The notes under the pieces are model-generated. The model saw nothing but the letters and a program-made list of their open reading frames with translations. It searched no databases and was not told where the DNA came from. Shown piece by piece: positions 51,244 through 62,796 of a stretch of 64,000 bases of DNA. The translations under genes and the position numbers were made by a program. Source of the DNA: Mobula hypostoma (lineage: Eukaryota); the NCBI RefSeq assembly GCF_963921235.1, contig NC_086118.1, positions 29,266,001 to 29,330,000 of the forward strand, in the 5' to 3' direction. Numbering within the stretch: position 1 is the first letter of the stretch; each line of letters opens with the position of its first letter.

Positions 51244-52232
51244 TTAAAAATCTGAAACTGAGTTTAGAAAGCAATAATGAATAGATGAATAAGCTTCCAA
51301 ATGAAGCTGTGCCAAATAACATGTTGAAATAATACTTTGTGACAGAAACTGGAATAAAATTTGCATAAATAAGTGATGATGAAATACATAGATGCAATTG
51401 TTTGCAAATTCCTAAATCATTGAATGGTAAGGTTAACCAAAATAACCACTGACCCATGACTTTTCAGCACTTTGTGACCACAATATGTGCCCTTCATTAT
51501 TCAACAGTGGCCTTCTTGAACTCCTGGCTGTGTCTGTCAGGCAGGCCAACTTGCCAGCATGCTCAATGCTGCCTGGAGTTCACTTGCATGCAATGTTATC
51601 AGGTGATTAAAGTGATACCATTGTTTTTTGATGTGCTAATGTTTATTACGGTTCTCAACTGTGTTCTCTTTTTTTGAGATGGAGCAATTTCATAGCCAAC
51701 ATCCCTAATCCACTCTCCTACCCTGCCATCGAACACTATCACATGCACGAATCATTTAGACAGACATAAAAGTTCTGGGGAAATATCTAAGTATTAGAAA
51801 CAGCTTCTGTCTCTTATACAGATCATACTTGCATGACATGTTGGAGGAGCAAAAAGTCCACATTTTGGAGGGCTCTCAATGTTTACAAAATTTACATTTA
51901 AAAAGTAAAATGTCAAGTATTTTAAGAATGAAGTTTGCAAAGTCTGCTTCATTTCCATTTCTACAACTACTTATACTAAGATTTGGCTCTGACACAAACA
52001 TGACCTGTTATAACATAAGAAACTTGTATAAAAATTATTTTGCTTCTCATAATTCTGGAAGTTAATGTGATATGGTAGTTTTTGTAAAACTTGTAGATTA
52101 ATTTCCAAAATAAAATTGCTAACTTTGAACTCAGTATAGCAAAGATGTTTGTTTATATTAACCTTTACTTTCTTTAAGGATTACTGGTACCCTACTCCAG
52201 CATAATTTGCATTCTGTGTATTTATTATTCAG

Positions 52233-52417
52233 CTTCTAAAACTATGCAAGAAGGTTGGGTCAGCAGTGGAGATGAAGTTGCCCTCAATAGTAACCATCAT
52301 TCTAACTGGGAAGAAGATGAGGGAGAGATGGGAATGTGGAATAATGTAGCTTCTCAGGAGAGCAACTCTTGTAATTCTTCAGGCTGGAGCAATGCTAGCA
52401 AGAAAGTGCATCAGAAG
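52233..52417 (+). CDS. TNRC6C: TNRC6C exon (ASKTMQEGWVSSGDE...NASKKVHQK)
   Basis: Acceptor ttattcag|CT, donor AAG|gtattt; 185 nt, phase 1-0. Confidence 0.94.
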
Positions 52418-52546
52418 GTATTTCTGTTTTCACATTTGAGTTATTTGCAAAAACTGTATGTTTTATTTTCGAGGAGGCAGGAGAGTTTGACTGCAGTTGA
52501 TAATGTTTAACAACTTGTGAATGAGATATTTGCTTCTGTTTTGAAG

Positions 52547-52627
52547 GGTATAAAAGCATCCAGTAAGCAAGAAGAGACTTGGCTTATGAATCGCCTGATA
52601 AAACAATTGACTGATATGGGTTTTCCT
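52547..52627 (+). CDS. TNRC6C: TNRC6C exon, first half of the UBA domain (GIKASSKQEETWLMNRLIKQLTDMGFP)
   Basis: Acceptor ttttgaag|, donor CCT|gtaagt; 81 nt; MGFP is the UBA loop signature; the upstream intron is 129 nt. Confidence 0.95.
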
Positions 52628-53606
52628 GTAAGTATTCTATTGTTGAATCTCTGATTCTACTATAAGTACTTGCATAATAATCTCTTGTGACCTGTTTGAA
52701 TCTGCAACTTAGATAGCATCCATCAGTTGCAAGTTGTAAACTTGCTGTCAGTAGACATCATACTCTGCAGATTATGGATTATTATTGTGTTGCGAATATG
52801 TACTAAAAACAGTTATTTTGTGCAGTAGAAGTTGCTGCTAAACTAGTGATAAGTTAAGTACCATAGTGACAGTATTAAAATTTAGTAAACTGTGACTGGA
52901 GAGAAGTCGATTTATTTTACCCCACATGATAGACTTGCAGAGTTATTAGAAAATCACAAGAATTTGATAAATACCTACAAAAATGAAACAGAAAATTATG
53001 CTGTTGTAAGATGTATCTGGAAATAGCCTTTTCCTGTTGCGTTAAATGTTCTCACCTTTTTCATTTTAAGATATTGGATATTCCTGATTTTATTGAAGTT
53101 AACTGAAATTAAGGCAAAATAAATTTGTACCATATCCATCTGTGTCGCAACATTAAAATAAACATTTCTTTTGAAGAACAACTTTTCATATTGCTTTTTA
53201 AACTTTTCGTACATAAAACTTTTTTGGAATTGGGTCCACCTATATTTAACTGGATTATCATAACTCAGTTTTATTAATGTTCAGTCTGCTTGTAAAGTAA
53301 TAGTTCACGACAAAAGACTTTGAAATTTAAATTTTCTATCTTGATCAGACAGAATCTTGGTAGTTGTTGCCAGTAGAGAGTTCAGCTATGACGCTGGCAC
53401 GTTTTAAGACAAAGGTCCTTTATTGAAAATAATATTTTTGTGAATAAGTCAATATTTCTGAAGGATCACCAGTTTGCAGTTACCTATGAACATAAATCTT
53501 GCATCTCTCATATTTTTAAGAATGTGCCCAGCCTAGTGAAGCTAATTTTGTTTTCTGACATCTTTCCTGCAAACAATTAACTATGAAATATGATAATCAT
53601 TTACAG

Positions 53607-53664
53607 AGAGAACCAGCAGAAGAGGCTCTGAAATGTAATAACCTGAACCTTGATCAGGCTATGG
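53607..53664 (+). CDS. TNRC6C: TNRC6C exon, second half of the UBA domain (REPAEEALKCNNLNLDQAM)
   Basis: Acceptor tttacag|, donor ATGG|gtaagt; 58 nt, phase 0-1. Confidence 0.95.
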
Positions 53665-53998
53665 GTAAGTCTGAAAGATGTAAACTTGACATTTGTTCTT
53701 ATTGAAATTTCCAAGCGCAAAAATCATTTGACATCTTTCTTTCTGTTTTTAAAAAAAAAGATCTGTTATAAGGCCTTGTTGATAGGTGTATGATTGTCTT
53801 TGGGGAGTCTTGAATGCTGCATATTGTACAACATGTCAGTGTATATCAGCATTAGACTGGCCTTAGATCTTTTAGCTCCCAGTCTTGTTTCCTTGCAGAC
53901 TTTAGTGCTTGGAATTTTCTCATTTTTCATAAAATTTCAATAGAGAACTAAAGGAGCAATCATGGAACTTGGGTTTTCTCAGTGAAAGAAAATAAAAA

Positions 53999-54120
53999 CA
54001 AAGGTGAATTTGAGACTAATCTCATTACCCTGCTACTCAGTCGCCTTCGTATATTCACAATTTCTTTTATGAAAGCGACTGGGTAGCAGGGTAATGAGAT
54101 TAGTCTCAAGTTCACCTTTG
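53999..54120. repeat. Near-perfect inverted repeat, 53-bp arms with a 16-nt loop
   Basis: 53999-54051 versus 54068-54120: 49/53 Watson-Crick pairs, 3 G.U and 1 C.A on the + strand. Confidence 0.9.
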
Positions 54121-56013
54121 CTCTCAATTTCTGTTGAGTTGTCATACCCTATTATCTGGTATTTTGTTTGGTGAAGGGGATGAGGAGTACTGAAGTAGAC
54201 AACTTTTTTTACACAGCTTGGTTCAGTGTTTAAAATTAATTTAGCCACCTCTCCTTTAGTCTTCTGGCAAGACCTGTTCCATACTTTATTTGATATCCAG
54301 TTTAATGTTAGTCGCCCTCTACTTTTTTTGCCATCCCACTTGTCTAGCTTTCTATTCTAAACAGCTTCAGGCACTTATTTGTTCTTTTAGACACTACCCC
54401 CATTTCAGATGATTACAGCATCTATCAATGCTGTTTATTTGCTTAAAAATGTGAAAGGATATGGAAAACTGCAAGATACATGAAGTACAAATGCTAGCAT
54501 AGGTTGGGCTGAATAGCCTGACTCCTTGCTGTGATCTTTACATATATATGTATGTTCCCTGATCTGTCATATCATTCAAGCTTTATATAATCTTCAATTT
54601 TCTTTGGTTGATGTAAATTAGCAGTCTACAGGTCCTAAAAGTAAAATTAGCCAGCTTTTAAAACAGAATATGATTCTTGCATTCTGCAACATTAAAAGAA
54701 AACTAAAATACTTTTAAAGCAATTAAAAATTCCAGTTAAAAATACTTAAATATACTTTAATTGCATGTAAATTAGCTGTAATTTATCAAATGAATGAAGA
54801 TTTTCTTAGCTGCATCAAGTCTGACCATGAGACTAACTTCACCATGCAGTCTGGAAAAATCTGTCAAGCAGTTGCAAGGACTTTGGGACTTCTGAATCTG
54901 CATTTATGTGATAGTACAAAGGAATCCCTGGATTTCTGACACGTACAAAAAAATTGTAGAATCATACTTTTCTTCTCAAAATCTGGGACATTATTGATAA
55001 TTTTAGCTCCAGAAACCTGCAAATTAATGAAGACTAACTTCAGATCAGAACTGAATGATAGAATGTTATGTTAGCTCCTTTGGAGTACACTGTAAGTTCA
55101 AGACTTCTATGTACTCACTTATGGGTCAAGTTTCTTGCCAGAAGTTTGAACTTTAAAAATTAGGCTGATATTTCACTTTCATCTTGGCAATCTCATGAGG
55201 TGTTGAAGTAGTATATTCAGGAAACTTGTGAAGGATCCTGTGGTAATAACAAAAATTGCACTTGTATAGGGCTATACATTCCCAAACTATAACAAAGGAC
55301 TTTATATTGAAGTGCATACTTTCTAGAATGGAATAGTCATTTTAAACATCTCACATGCATGCATGACATTTTCCATTGAATTTCTCATGACATAATTTAT
55401 CAAATGTTTTCTGGAAATTGTATTATGAAACGCGATAATGCTTTTGGCACAGCTTTGGATTTCTCAAAACCATTTCATTTGATCCAAGCAATATTTCCTT
55501 TGCTCGTCAATTCTAATTGCTGTTAATTTGGCATTGCCTTTTTAAGTGATAATTTCCATGCATGCTGGAACTCTATAACTGAAGTACTGGAACTAGTTGA
55601 TTAACATTTTTAGTTTTTTTTTGTCTTCGTGATTGTGATACTTACTACTTGGGTAGCATTGCTAAATATCCTGTCTTCCATGCCCATTATTCTGAAATAC
55701 ATATGATATAAGATCACCATTCATCCCCACCCCAACTCCTGGCTTGGGATATAAAATTTTTTTCCTCTATAGCTCAACAGTGAACTGGTATTAATGAGCT
55801 TGTTGCTTGTTACTGTATACTGGAATTTGTATAAGTTCAGCTTGTTCCTTCCAACTACTTACCATGTGACCACATGTAGCATGCATTGTGTAAATATTCT
55901 TACACTTTACCTACACTCACTAGGCTGTATTTAGGTGAAGTTAATGTTTGTCTTCTGTTTTTTTTTCCTTTTCCTCTTTGTTTTATGTTAAGATGGATTT
56001 TCCCCTTTTCCAG

Positions 56014-56159
56014 GTGCTCTGTTGGAAAAGAAAGTGGAGATGGACAAACGTGGAATGGGAATGTCAGATTACAATGGAATCGTTTCTAAACCACTTGGCT
56101 GCCGACCACCTTCTATCTCCAAAGAGTCTTCCGTGGATCGCCCCACCTACTTTGACAAG
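56014..56159 (+). CDS. TNRC6C: TNRC6C exon (GALLEKKVEMDKRG...SKESSVDRPTYFDK)
   Basis: Acceptor ccttttccag|GT, donor AAG|gtttgt; 146 nt, phase 1-0. Confidence 0.95.
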
Positions 56160-56329
56160 GTTTGTCAGTGCTAACAAGCAGAGTAGGGAGTGGAGGGAGA
56201 ATAGTATTTAGTCGTTATGGGAATTTCTTTTCCTAGTGAACAAAACTCCTTTTTAGAAGGAACAAAAAAAAACTTCCTCTGCTAGTTTATACTTCGAAGA
56301 AGAAAAGGTGTTGCTGCTCAATAGCTGCA

Positions 56330-56545
56330 ATTTAGCGTACATTTTGATGTCAAAGTAGAGTTCATTGCCATACTGTCACACACACAAGTAGATGTTTATA
56401 CGGATGCAATGACCAACTTATTTGAGGCAGCATCGCAGGCACAAGGCATCACATGAGTGCATTCACAAGAAAAGAATAAATTAAACATGTATATACACAA
56501 GCTTAACAAAGAGCACAATTAGAAAATAAACAGGTCCATTTTAAT
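56330..56545 (-). mobile_element. LINE 3'-end remnant (Rex-type tail)
   Basis: caaagtagagttcattgcca...gcagcatcgcaggcaca resembles the LINE tails at 11375 and 22740. Confidence 0.45.
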
Positions 56546-57339
56546 ACACTTTTAGTCACTTGGAAAACAGTTTTGTAATCTGTAGGTGGAAATTAAAAAA
56601 ATTAACACCAATGAAATTTTAAAGTGGGTTGCACCTTTATTAAGTAATAAGTGTCAGGTATTATCCTTTATCCCTAGATTAAAGACTCAATGTATCACTT
56701 TGTACTTGCATCCTGTAGTCAAATTTTGTGTGAAAATTAGCATCTTAGAACAGCTTAATTGGCACCAAAATAGATTCAGACAATTACAAATTGAGCTAAT
56801 GCAAAGGACCAATATTTTTGTGTTGATTTTTAATATCTGGGCACCTCTACATCATTGTTTTGAAAACTGACCTTTGCCCACTCAAAGCAGTGTTTCAAAT
56901 TATTAGTGGAAAGCAAACGATCAAGTACAATATGTTACTGATCTTTTGGAAAGATAGATTTATTTTGCTGCAATGTATAAAAAGTTGTTGCTAAACACAT
57001 AGTTCTTGCAAGTTATTGTAGTAAATTGAATATTTTTTAATTGACTTCATTGCTAATCTTTTTAGGGTTAAAGAAAAAGTTCTGGGTTAAGGTTCAGATA
57101 TTTACAGATGAATTTAGCAAGTTGTGAATTAAACACCTAAATGTAGTAAAACAGATTGATAATTTTATACTCACCAGATCATAGTGTGATTAACACATTA
57201 TGAATGTGTTTCTGTCACACAGACCCTATGAATTTTCCAGACAGATTCATTTCAGTAATCTTAAAAACATAAAAATCAAAGCTTTAAGGACATCAGAGAG
57301 CGTCGATGAGCATTTTATTTTAGTAAATGCTTCTTAAAG

Positions 57340-57745
57340 TAACACACACAAAATGCTGGAGGAACTCAGCAGGCCAGGCGCCATCAACGGAAAGGAGTAA
57401 GCAATCAACGTTTCAGGCTGAGACCCTTCAAAAGGTCTGGAAAGGAAGGGGAGAAGTCAGAGTAAGACGGTGGGGGAGGAATGCAAGAAAGAAGTACAAG
57501 GTTGTGGGTAATGGGTGGAAATCAGGAGAAAGGGAGGGAGTGAGGTAAAGAGCTGGGAAAGTTGATTGGTAAAAGAGAGAAAGGGCTGGAGGAAGAGGAT
57601 TCTGGTAGAGGATAGAAGACCATGGTGGGGGGGGGGTAGGGAAGGGAGAAGAGCCGGGGGGATGTGATGGTCAGGTCATGAGATGAGAGAGTGGAACAAG
57701 AATGGGGAATAGTGAAGAGGGGGAAATTACTGGAAGTTTAAGGAA
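57340..57745 (-). mobile_element. Penelope-like 3' fragment, solo, with a degenerate hammerhead
   Basis: aacacacacaaaatgctggaggaactcagcaggccagg...caacgtttcaggctgagacccttc followed by the purine-rich 3'UTR block. Confidence 0.8.
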
Positions 57746-59303
57746 ACCCCTCTCCCCTCCACTGTTTTCTCGTGTGTTTCCTAAGTTATTTGTAATTTGT
57801 TTGTCAATTTTACTACATGGTATTTATTTATACATATAGGTTTACTATTTAGTAGGAATGAACTTTAGGGTGTTCATGAATTTTATGAAGTTTGCTTGTT
57901 TACAATTCCATGTTTTGAAAATCACAAATCTTCTGTTTGATTTTATTTTTACATTGAAGGTATTAGCCTTGATTATTATGGATTTCTTATATGCGAAGTT
58001 TTAAGTATAGTCTAATTACAGAAATTTGGGATAGAAATCTAGGCTTGCACATGGATACTATATTAACAGTGCGGCACAGTTGGAAGAAACTTCTAGCAGA
58101 TAGTAAATATATTGGTCCATTTGGGTAGATGTAAAAGATCTTGTCACACTAATTCAGAGGGCTAGTAGAGTAGTGATCACAGATGGTGATTCATCTTTTA
58201 TCAACCTCGGTGAAGCACATTGTTTGATCACTTAGTTGGATTGACCTCTATCCAGCTCACACCTCTTTATTCTTTTGTGGTCCCACAGTTTAAATTAAGT
58301 TCCAGGCCTCACTACCATGACTATACTGCTAGGCAGAGCATTCCATCAGGGTGGTCAAACAGTGTCAAGTTCTGTCGCCTGGGATGACTGGACTTGAGGT
58401 TGTGTTTCAGCCACCCTGATCCTCCCTCCTCTCAAAAGACAATGAAATCCTTTCCAATATCTCTGGTACTCTGGCAAAACTGCTGACTCCACTTCCATAC
58501 ATCCATCCTATTGTCATATTTTGAGGCACCTTCCAGATACAACTGGCTACCTCATTTCCAACATTACAGTAGTAACTGATTCAAAACTATTTCCTGAACT
58601 GTAAAGCACTTCAGACATCCTAGAATGGACATGAAGGACATCTTAAATATACAAATATACATATATTTGTCATTTTCATTAAATATTGATAAGTCAGGTG
58701 CTTGTGCGACGAATGTTTCAAAGCTCCTCCGTCAAGTTAGTCAGAGGAGGCATTACTTTAGGTGTGCAGAAAAAAATTACATTTTCTGCATAATTGTAAT
58801 ACTTGAATTAGATTATAGACTTTGAATTCTTCAATTCAATAGCAATGCATTTGTCCAAAGTTATAGCTTCTATTTTCTCATTAATGAAGCTAGTAGATAT
58901 AACCAAGTTCACCAGAATCTCAGCTAAGTGATGTAACATGCAATGGTTATTACTACAAACAGTTTAAGATCAATGGTTGTGTGTAATATTTTGAAGTGGA
59001 GCTGGTGAACATGCTATCACCACTGTCTTGTCTTGTCTATTGTTCCTTTACTCCTAGTGTTTTTAATCTATATAAATCATTGTTAGCGTGCAAAGTTATT
59101 AGTCATGCACTTTAACCTTGTTTTTTCTTTATTTCTTTCTGTCTTTCACTTTTCCAAACCTACATTTCCCATCAACCTTTTGAACCCATTTTTTTCTTTA
59201 AACTATGGAATCCCTCTGTCCTTATTCTGGCTACCATTCCACTGCCACATAATGCTGTGCCCTTGTTGGCACTGCATAGCTCACCCTATCTTTCTCCAAT
59301 CAG

Positions 59304-59453
59304 GATGGCGGCCTAGTGGAAGAGTCCCCTACTTCACCATTTTTGCCTTCACCAAGCCTGAAGCTCGCCCTTTCAAACAGTGCACACCCTAATCAGGCCC
59401 TTGGTGCCATTGCCTCGGGGCTGGGCATGCAAAACTTGAATTCTTCTAGACAG
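59304..59453 (+). CDS. TNRC6C: TNRC6C exon ([20 protein letters not shown]...MQNLNSSRQ); an alternative acceptor at 59280 would add LTLSFSNQ
   Basis: Acceptor caatcag|GAT, donor CAG|gtaagg; 150 nt, phase 0-0. Confidence 0.94.
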
Positions 59454-59839
59454 GTAAGGGTGGCTGTTTATAAATAACTGCTATAACCCAGTTGATATTG
59501 TTATGTTGTGCAATCAGATATCTACCCTGTCTATAAATCTGTCACATTTGGCTTTTTTGATGAAATAAGGTATTGTGGTTCTTACGCAGCATGATTTAAT
59601 TCATAGTATTGAGCATTTTCGATTCCAGATTGCTGAACATTTTTGTAATCAAGGTATAATCCATAAACTGATTGTGAATAAATTACTTATCCTTGTATTG
59701 TTTTATTTTTGTAAGATGCTTTCAAGTCATTTAACAGCCCAAAATAAAACAAGTTGCCTGCTTCCTTCTGCTTCTATGCTTGTTTCTCTCAGTGGTTAAA
59801 CAAAATTGCTCTTTCAAACTCTTCTTTGGACAATTATTC

Positions 59840-60365
59840 TAAAGTAAGCCAAGGATGCTGAGTATGTGTAGAATTATGGAGGAAAAACTGTATCCTAGAT
59901 TGCCATGGAAGGCAACAAAGGAGATGGCTGGAGCTCTTGCTGAGATTTTAAAATATTGGTTGGGCTTGTGATTTGCCAGATGATGGAGAATGACGGATAT
60001 CCCTGTTTTTAAGAAAGGCTTGGTGGCTATTGACCTGAGACCTAGTGTAAGTGCTGAGGGAAAGATACAGGGGGAAGTTTTGAAGGAGATCCTGTCTGAT
60101 CAATTTAATTGAAATTCTTTGAAGAAGTGACAGTGTATTAATGAGGCCAGGATAGTTGATGTGATTTGTAATTGTAAAGCACTCTTTTTTGGGATTATAT
60201 GCCTCTGATTAGTGGTGCCTGGCAGAGATCAGTGCTTGGACTTGTGCTGTTTGAAATACACATGAATGTCTTGGATTTGAGAGGCTTGATCAGTAAGCTG
60301 CAAATGGCACGAGGATTGCATGAGTTGGGCTGAATGGTCTGTTTCAATGCTGTAAGGTTCTGTTA
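59840..60365 (+). mobile_element. Old, heavily deleted CR1 remnant
   Basis: Blocks such as ctgtttttaagaaagg, gaaattctttgaagaagtgac and gggctgaatggtctgtttc. Confidence 0.55.
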
Positions 60366-61450
60366 CTCAAGCTTAGTCATTTCTGTTTAGATGCCTCGGG
60401 AAACCATCTAGGCTCATTAAAAATTATATCTTGCACATATCCTGTAGATCAACAAGAAATAATTCCATTAATCCTCAGAAAATAAGTTCCCTTTGTATTC
60501 CTGTTAGTATTTTAGTTCATTCTGAATCTGAATTTAATGCACAATTATATTAGGACTGAGCTATTCCAATATTCAACGTTAGAAGTGAAGTTTATATTGC
60601 AAATTACACCTTTAATGTATTGGTCATAATTTTTCTTTTGCTGAAATCCATTTTGTGACTTTGCATTAGAAGAATAGGTTTGTCTTCAGAAGTCTGTATA
60701 AGTGATCATATTGCAAAGATTCTTTATTGCCCTCTGAAAGCAATGTCCAGTCAGTGCTTTGTAATATTCCCCTTCCATTTACAAAAAAAAGATTGTTGGT
60801 AAGGTTATTGTGATGTACAAAGTCCTCTGGAAATTAAATTTGTCACTGTACTAAGAACATTCACTCATTTTGTAAAACAAAAATGTTGCACACCAAACAT
60901 GTCACTTACTAGATTTTTCGCTTGAAACTCCGGTCCTGTGTTTGGAATTATTAGGAAGTCGCCTACTTCAGCAATTCTACCTTCAAATTTGAAGTCACTG
61001 CTGCCAAAATTACTTTTTTTAATAAAAAACAGAAACAGTTATGCTGGTCAATAAGTTGAGCAAGTATCTCAACCATGTAGTTAAGCATCCCAAACTACTC
61101 ATTGTTTTGGTATCACTGGATCCTTTAAGAAAAACCTTTTTTTTTAAACTCGAGGGATATCGAAAAGACTTGTTTAAAAATTAAAACTTATTTAAAATAT
61201 TTAAGCAAATTCCATTTAAAACAAAAATGGAACTTGTGTTGAATTTGATTTCTCAGATTCCATTGAGACCAACTAATTTTAAAACAAATAAATAATGTAT
61301 ATTTTTTCTCATTTCATATTTAAGTTTGTGCTGCTTGTAACATGAATTGAAGACACATTCCTCTCTGGTTGCCGGTGCTGAATGCACGAGGGTCATCTGA
61401 TTATTATCTACGGACTTGCCTGATAAGTTGTTGTTTTTATTAATTGCCAG

Positions 61451-61591
61451 AGTGGCAATCTAGGTATGTTTGGCAATAGCGGAGCAGCACAAGCCAGGAC
61501 CATGCAGCAGCAACAGCAGCCGCCAGTGCAACCTCTTAACTCATCCCAGCCTAGTCTTCGTGCTCAAGTGCCTCAGTTTCTATCCCCTCAG
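61451..61591 (+). CDS. TNRC6C: TNRC6C exon ([25 protein letters not shown]...VPQFLSPQ)
   Basis: Acceptor ttgccag|AGT, donor CAG|gtatgt; 141 nt, phase 0-0. Confidence 0.92.
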
Positions 61592-62031
61592 GTATGTGAT
61601 ATTGCAAACCATGAAAAGTTAGATTGAAGTACTCAATTAATATATGGTGTTGTCTCTAAATTTATTCAGACCTCAATACAATGCCACAGGAAATAAATGC
61701 ATTATGTAACCTAATGGTACATAGTGAAGTTGTGCCTCAAAATATAATTTGTCATTTATGTTTTTGAATAAAGTAAGCTTTGAAACATACAAACTATTAC
61801 ATAATAGAACTAATTTAAACTCTGATACATTTTATATTTTATCTTTGCCAATTAAATGGCACAGAGCTATTTTACTTTGCCATGGTTCTGAAATTGTCAT
61901 TAAGCTACTGTAACAGATATCTGTAACAATATTAAAAGCTATACAAATTCTGATTTTTTTCAGAGAAGGCAACTAACTATATATAATTCACAATATGTAG
62001 TGTTTTCTTACTACTTTTCGTTTTCTTTAAG

Positions 62032-62151
62032 GTTCAAGCACAGCTCTTGCAATTTGCAGCAAAAAACATGGGTCTCAACCCTGCACTATTAGCCTCGCCA
62101 ATTAATCCTCAGCATATGACTATGTTAAACCAACTTTATCAGCTGCAGCTG
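62032..62151 (+). CDS. TNRC6C: TNRC6C exon, Q-rich region (VQAQLLQFAAKNMGLNPALL...LYQLQL)
   Basis: Acceptor ttctttaag|, donor CTG|gtaagt; 120 nt. Confidence 0.95.
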
Positions 62152-62712
62152 GTAAGTTAGCTTTCCGGAATCTACAACTGCAAGATCATTAGTTTTGGTT
62201 AAAAATGTTTTTCATCATGCAGTGCAACAAAGGAATTTTGCACATTTCTTTATCACCTTAACCATACCTCACCATAGCTGTCACACTACCAGTGTAATTA
62301 TCAGTGCCTGTTTAACACTTCAATGAATTCTCTGATCTTTTCCTAATTTCTGTCCTTTATTTTCAGTTTCACCGCTTTTGGAAAAAACTTAACTGCTCGG
62401 TACAAGTTAGCATGGAAACTTAATATTCCAGTGTAGTGGACTATATCATTTCAGCTTAATGTAACTGAATTTGCCATTGTTGAGTGTGTGTTCTTTTTTT
62501 AAAGAACACACAGTGCAAACATTTTACTAAAACCTTTGATCAATTTAAAGTGAAGAAATTGACATGAATTAATCATTCAGCAAATGTTTCGGAATGAATT
62601 GAATGAAAATCAAATTTCATTGAAGGGTTAAATTGTTGAAATGGTTCAAGATTTTTTTTGGTATTTTATTCTTAAAATGAAAGAAAAAATCTTTTATACT
62701 TTGTCTTTGCAG

Positions 62713-62796
62713 GCCTACCAGCGTTTACTCTTCCAGCAGCAGATGTTACAGGCCCAGCGTAATGTTTCTGGAACCATTAGACAACAAGAGCAGCAA
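62713..62796 (+). CDS. TNRC6C: TNRC6C exon, Q-rich region (AYQRLLFQQQMLQAQRNVSGTIRQQEQQ)
   Basis: Acceptor ctttgcag|, donor CAA|gtatgt; 84 nt. Confidence 0.95.

Larger units (their letters stand above)
19204..62796 (+). other. TNRC6C: TNRC6C (trinucleotide repeat-containing adaptor 6C, GW182 family) gene body, 11 internal coding exons; first and last exons lie outside the window
   Basis: Exons join in one frame with GT-AG introns and consistent phases. The translation matches recalled human TNRC6C rather than 6A/6B (MATGSAPGNF, NLNLNPNANPAAWP, QNLNTDGPNNTNP, RLIKQLTDMGFP, DGGLVEE, QLLQFAAKN). Confidence 0.95.

Noticed and set aside
54832..55041. Short repeated gactaacttca
   Set aside because: An 11-bp match in AT-rich DNA with no further structure; compatible with chance.
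61257..61262. ctcag|ATTCCA as the missing Ile-Pro microexon
   Set aside because: It is followed by TT rather than GT or GC, and read-through reaches a stop.
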